The notes beneath the pieces are model-generated. The model did no database searches and was not told the DNA's origin. It saw only the letters and a program-made list of their open reading frames with translations. A stretch of DNA of 64,000 bases from positions 7,961 through 71,960 of the forward strand of contig JAKQUI010000005.1 in assembly GCA_029562645.1 (NCBI GenBank). Reading direction: 5' to 3'. The DNA is from Spirochaetota bacterium. GTDB taxonomy: Bacteria > Spirochaetota > UBA4802 > JAKQUI01. The translations under genes were made by a program, and so were the position numbers. Shown one piece after another: positions 60,761 through 64,000 of this stretch; position 1 is the stretch's first letter, and every line of letters starts with the position of its first letter.

Positions 60761-61066
60761 ACCATTTCCCGGTTATGAAAATCGCACTGCGCTAAAGCTG
60801 CAATCACAATTAGCAATGGTTCATTAAACCCCTATCCCCCGTCCCCTTTTCCCCTTCGTAAAGGGAAAGGGGGCAGGAATGACTATTGACACACCTCCCC
60901 CGAACGAAGGGGAAGGTCGGGAGGGGGTCATTGCCAACTGCAAGCACAACGCCAATCATTGGACCTTGCAATAAATATTTCTTGCCGTCAGTGAATAGGA
61001 TGAAAAAAGAGCGATCAGGTGTGTGTGCTCGGTGTTACCTGAACGTACAGTCGGAGCGTGAGTCGC

Positions 61067-63001
61067 ATGATTCGAACATATGACATCATCGTCGTGGGTG
61101 CGGGGCACGCGGGCGCGGAGGCGGCGCTTGCCGCTGCGCGCATGGGCATGAATACGCTCATGCTCACCGGAAACCTCGACACCATATGCCAGATGAGCTG
61201 CAACCCGGCGATCGGCGGACTAGCGAAGGGGCACCTCGTCCGCGAGATTGACGCGCTGGGCGGTGAGATGGCGCGCGCCATCGACGAGACGGGTATTCAC
61301 TATAAGATGCTCAACCGCAGCAAGGGACCGGCCGTCTGGGCCCCGCGCGCGCAGGCGGACAAGAAGGCGTACCAATTGCGAATGAAGCTCGCGCTGGAGC
61401 GGCAGCAGAACCTTTCCGTTATCCAGGATATCGCGGACCGAATAATCGCTGAGAGCGGACGGGTGACGGGGATTGTAACGGTGCGCGGGCAGGAACACCG
61501 AGCGCGGGCCGTGATTCTGTGCACCGGCACCTTTCTTAAGGGCCTCATTCATATCGGCGAGTACAATGAGCGTGCGGGACGGCTTGCGGATTTTTCCTCG
61601 GAAGGGATCTCCGATTCGCTCCGCGAGCTCGGCTTTCCGGTCATGCGTCTCAAGACGGGAACCCCGCCGCGCGTGAACGGCGATTCGATCGACTTTTCGC
61701 GATGCGAACCCCAATATCCGGACGAGCGCCCAACGCCATTCTCCTATGCGACGACGACGATCGAGCGCGAGCAGGTCCCCTGTTGGATCACCTACACCGA
61801 CGAGCGGACGCATGCCTTCATCCGAAACAATATACACCGCTCGCCGCTCTATGGCGGAAAGATCAAGGGCATCGGGCCGCGCTACTGTCCGTCGATCGAG
61901 GACAAGGTGATGCGCTTCGCGGACAAGATCCGCCATCAGCTTTTCCTCGAGCCCGAAGGGATCAACACGAACGAGTATTACATCAATGGCTTCTCCAGCT
62001 CGCTTCCCGAGGACGTTCAGCTCGAGATGATACGCACCATCCCGGGGCTCGAAGAGGTCCGGGTGATGCGCCCGGCCTATGCGGTGGAGTATGATTTCGT
62101 CCCGCCCTCCGAGATCCGTCCCTCGCTCGAGACCAAGCGCATTGCGGGGCTCTATCATGCGGGACAGATAAACGGGACCTCCGGCTACGAGGAGGCCGCC
62201 GCGCAGGGCCTGATGGCCGCCATCAATGCGGTGCGGCAGATTCGCGGATCGGAGCCCATCGTCCTTCGGCGCTCGGAGGCCTATATCGGGGTTCTGGTGG
62301 ACGATCTGGTCACCAAAGAGATCACCGAGCCGTATCGGTTGTTCACCTCGCGCGCCGAGCACCGGCTTCTGTTGCGGCAGGACAATGCCGATTCGCGCCT
62401 CATGCGCTATGGCTACGAGAACGGCCTGGTCGACGAGGCGCGGTACGAGGCCATGCGCGAGAAATACGCGCGCATCCAGTCCCGCATTGAGGATTTCGCG
62501 CGACGGACGGTCCTTGTCGACGAGAAGGCGGCGCAGGCCCTCGCCGGGCGCGGCAAGGCGATCAACCCCTGCGGCCGTATCCCAATAGAAAAGCTGCTCA
62601 AGCGGCCGGAGATTGGCATCGACGACGTGCTTTCCCTCATCGGAGAATCGATGGACCCTGAGCTGGCCCCGATCGTCGAGATGGAGATCAAGTATGCCGG
62701 GTATATCCAAAAAGACCGGGAGTTGATCGCGCGGCTTAACCGGATGGAGGAGCGCATCATTCCCGATGATGTCGACTACCGCGCCATCGCCGGGCTCAAG
62801 AACGAGGCGCGCGAGAAGCTCGTTCGCGTGCAGCCGCGCACGATCGGGCAGGCCATGCGGATATCCGGCGTGGACCCGTCGGACGCCTCGATCCTGCTGG
62901 TGCATCTGGAAGCGCGCGAACGGGCGGCGAAGAAGGAAAAAAGAAAGGAAAACGCGGACAATGCGCGGACCAACCGCGGGGATGTTCCACGTGGAACATG
63001 A
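61067..63001 (+). CDS. mnmG: tRNA uridine-5-carboxymethylaminomethyl modification enzyme MnmG (GidA)
   Basis: FAD-binding [15 protein letters not shown]. About 645 aa. Start moved from the GTG at 61058 to ATG 61067. Confidence 0.95.
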   Translation: MIRTYDIIVVGAGHAGAEAALAAARMGMNTLMLTGNLDTICQMSCNPAIGGLAKGHLVREIDALGGEMARAIDETGIHYKMLNRSKGPAVWAPRAQADKKAYQLRMKLALERQQNLSVIQDIADRIIAESGRVTGIVTVRGQEHRARAVILCTGTFLKGLIHIGEYNERAGRLADFSSEGISDSLRELGFPVMRLKTGTPPRVNGDSIDFSRCEPQYPDERPTPFSYATTTIEREQVPCWITYTDERTHAFIRNNIHRSPLYGGKIKGIGPRYCPSIEDKVMRFADKIRHQLFLEPEGINTNEYYINGFSSSLPEDVQLEMIRTIPGLEEVRVMRPAYAVEYDFVPPSEIRPSLETKRIAGLYHAGQINGTSGYEEAAAQGLMAAINAVRQIRGSEPIVLRRSEAYIGVLVDDLVTKEITEPYRLFTSRAEHRLLLRQDNADSRLMRYGYENGLVDEARYEAMREKYARIQSRIEDFARRTVLVDEKAAQALAGRGKAINPCGRIPIEKLLKRPEIGIDDVLSLIGESMDPELAPIVEMEIKYAGYIQKDRELIARLNRMEERIIPDDVDYRAIAGLKNEAREKLVRVQPRTIGQAMRISGVDPSDASILLVHLEARERAAKKEKRKENADNARTNRGDVPRGT

Positions 63002-63707
63002 GTTTCGGCGTTTCATCGAGGAATCCGGCCTCGCCGCGATGGTCGATGACCGGAAACTGGAGAAATATTCCGCATTTACCGCACTCGTCGTCGAGGCCTC
63101 GACGCGCTTCAACCTGACCGGTCACAAGACTCCGGGGGATGTGTTTGTCGATCTCGTAATCGGGAGCATCGCGCCCCTTGCCCGATTGAATGTTCCACGT
63201 AGAACATTCGTCGATATCGGCACCGGAGCGGGGGTCCCCGGCATCCCGCTGGCGATCCAGTATCCCGACTGGACGGGGACCCTGATCGATTCTAATGCGA
63301 AAAAGGCGGCCTTTGTCCGTGACGTGATCCAGCAGCTGGAGCTGCCCAACCTCACGGCGATATGCGGTCGTGTCGAGGAAATCGCGCACGATCGTGCGCA
63401 TCGCGGGCGCTACGACTGGGTGCTGTCGCGCGCCTTTAACGCGCTCTACGTGACGTTGGAGCTGGGAGCGGCGCTCGCCGGGCCGCAGGGGCGGTGTTAT
63501 GTGTATTCACGCGAGACTGTCGGCTCACTGCCGCAGGAGATTCTCGCTCATGCGCATGCGCTGGGCCTGGTCCCATCGACATCGGATGACTATGAGCACG
63601 TCCTGGGATGCTCCGACGGTCTGCTCTTCCGGAAGGCTGCTCGCACGCCGGACCGATATCCTCGGCGATATACCATCATCAAACGGGATGCGCAGCGGAT
63701 TGGATAG
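62982..63707 (+). CDS. rsmG: 16S rRNA (guanine527-N7)-methyltransferase RsmG (GidB)
   Basis: NLTG motif. SAM motif [16 protein letters not shown]. About 241 aa. The start ATG lies inside an 18-bp palindrome that also contains the mnmG stop (20 nt overlap). Confidence 0.8.
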   Translation: MFHVEHEFRRFIEESGLAAMVDDRKLEKYSAFTALVVEASTRFNLTGHKTPGDVFVDLVIGSIAPLARLNVPRRTFVDIGTGAGVPGIPLAIQYPDWTGTLIDSNAKKAAFVRDVIQQLELPNLTAICGRVEEIAHDRAHRGRYDWVLSRAFNALYVTLELGAALAGPQGRCYVYSRETVGSLPQEILAHAHALGLVPSTSDDYEHVLGCSDGLLFRKAARTPDRYPRRYTIIKRDAQRIG

Positions 63708-63730
63708 GGTGTATTCCTGTAGGCGTATAA

Positions 63731-63958
63731 GAGCCTTTTCCAGTAGAATCATTGGCAATAGCACCGAGTGAGACGGCAGTATGTCACGCTCACCCCGCCG
63801 CGAACAATGCGTCCATGTATTCGCGGCTCCGGCAGCCAATTCGGGTTGATGCGCTTCACAGGATGTGAAGCATGTCGCGAGGGCATGGATGCCTGTGAGC
63901 GACCTCGCTGTGACATACTGCCGTCTCACCCGACTCCCTGCTGAAAAGGTTCTAATTA
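63731..63958. repeat. structured inverted-repeat element (MITE-like or long hairpin) downstream of rsmG
   Basis: Inner arms GTGAGACGGCAGTATGTCACGCTCAC (63768-63793) and GTGAGCG[ACCTCGC]TGTGACATACTGCCGTCTCAC (63895-63929). Central hairpin GCTTCACA-GGA-TGTGAAGC (~63853-63871). Weaker outer inverted repeat at about 63731-63750 / 63939-63958. Confidence 0.3.
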
Positions 63959-64000
63959 TCCGCGCCCCATTCGCCCGACTGGCGCTTCCCCTTGTGCAGG

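Noticed and set aside
61040-61075. GATTCGAAC (tRNA T-arm-like) at the mnmG start
   Set aside because: No acceptor, D or anticodon stems can be built around it. It encodes the MnmG N-terminus (MIRTYD).
61220-63112. 630-aa minus-strand ORF opposite mnmG
   Set aside because: Antisense shadow ORF of a certain mnmG.

Overview
This is a high-GC (~65%) bacterial chromosomal window centred on the replication-initiation neighbourhood. On the minus strand it carries dnaA - dnaN - recF - DUF721 (DciA-like) - DUF370 (RemB/YaaB-like) - gyrB - hypothetical - gyrA (18.1-27.5 kb). DnaA-box-like 9-mers and AT-rich stretches lie on both sides of dnaA and are candidate oriC/DUE regions. mnmG(gidA) and rsmG(gidB) are on the plus strand at 61-63.7 kb.

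The rest of the window looks accessory:
- A CpxP/Spy-like gene is divergent from an OmpR-type response regulator plus histidine kinase, with GTAAA repeats in the shared intergenic region.
- There are three SpoIIE/PP2C phosphatases. One is fused to a receiver domain and sits just upstream of a tentative FliG-C-like protein.
- Two giant secreted TPR / DUF3857 / transglutaminase-like paralogues bracket a Zn-dependent alcohol dehydrogenase. One has an intact Cys-His-Asp triad and the other has Cys->Thr.
- nrdD and nrdG (anaerobic ribonucleotide reductase) are present, with the glycyl-radical segment of NrdD separated from the NrdD body by an in-frame TAG.
- Also present: an SPFH protein coupled to an atypical NAD-kinase-like protein; an ATP-grasp / ferredoxin-like Cys motif / alpha-hydroxy-acid-oxidase fusion; a duplicated Tim44-like / zinc-ribbon / TerB-like membrane protein; and two TPR proteins that share a non-TPR N-terminal domain.

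No rRNA, tRNA, CRISPR array, transposase or integrase was recognised. Many long ORFs in the track are antisense shadow ORFs typical of high-GC DNA and were not called. Coordinates of short motifs are read by eye and may be off by 1-2 nt. Gene coordinates follow the ORF track, with start codons adjusted by codon arithmetic.
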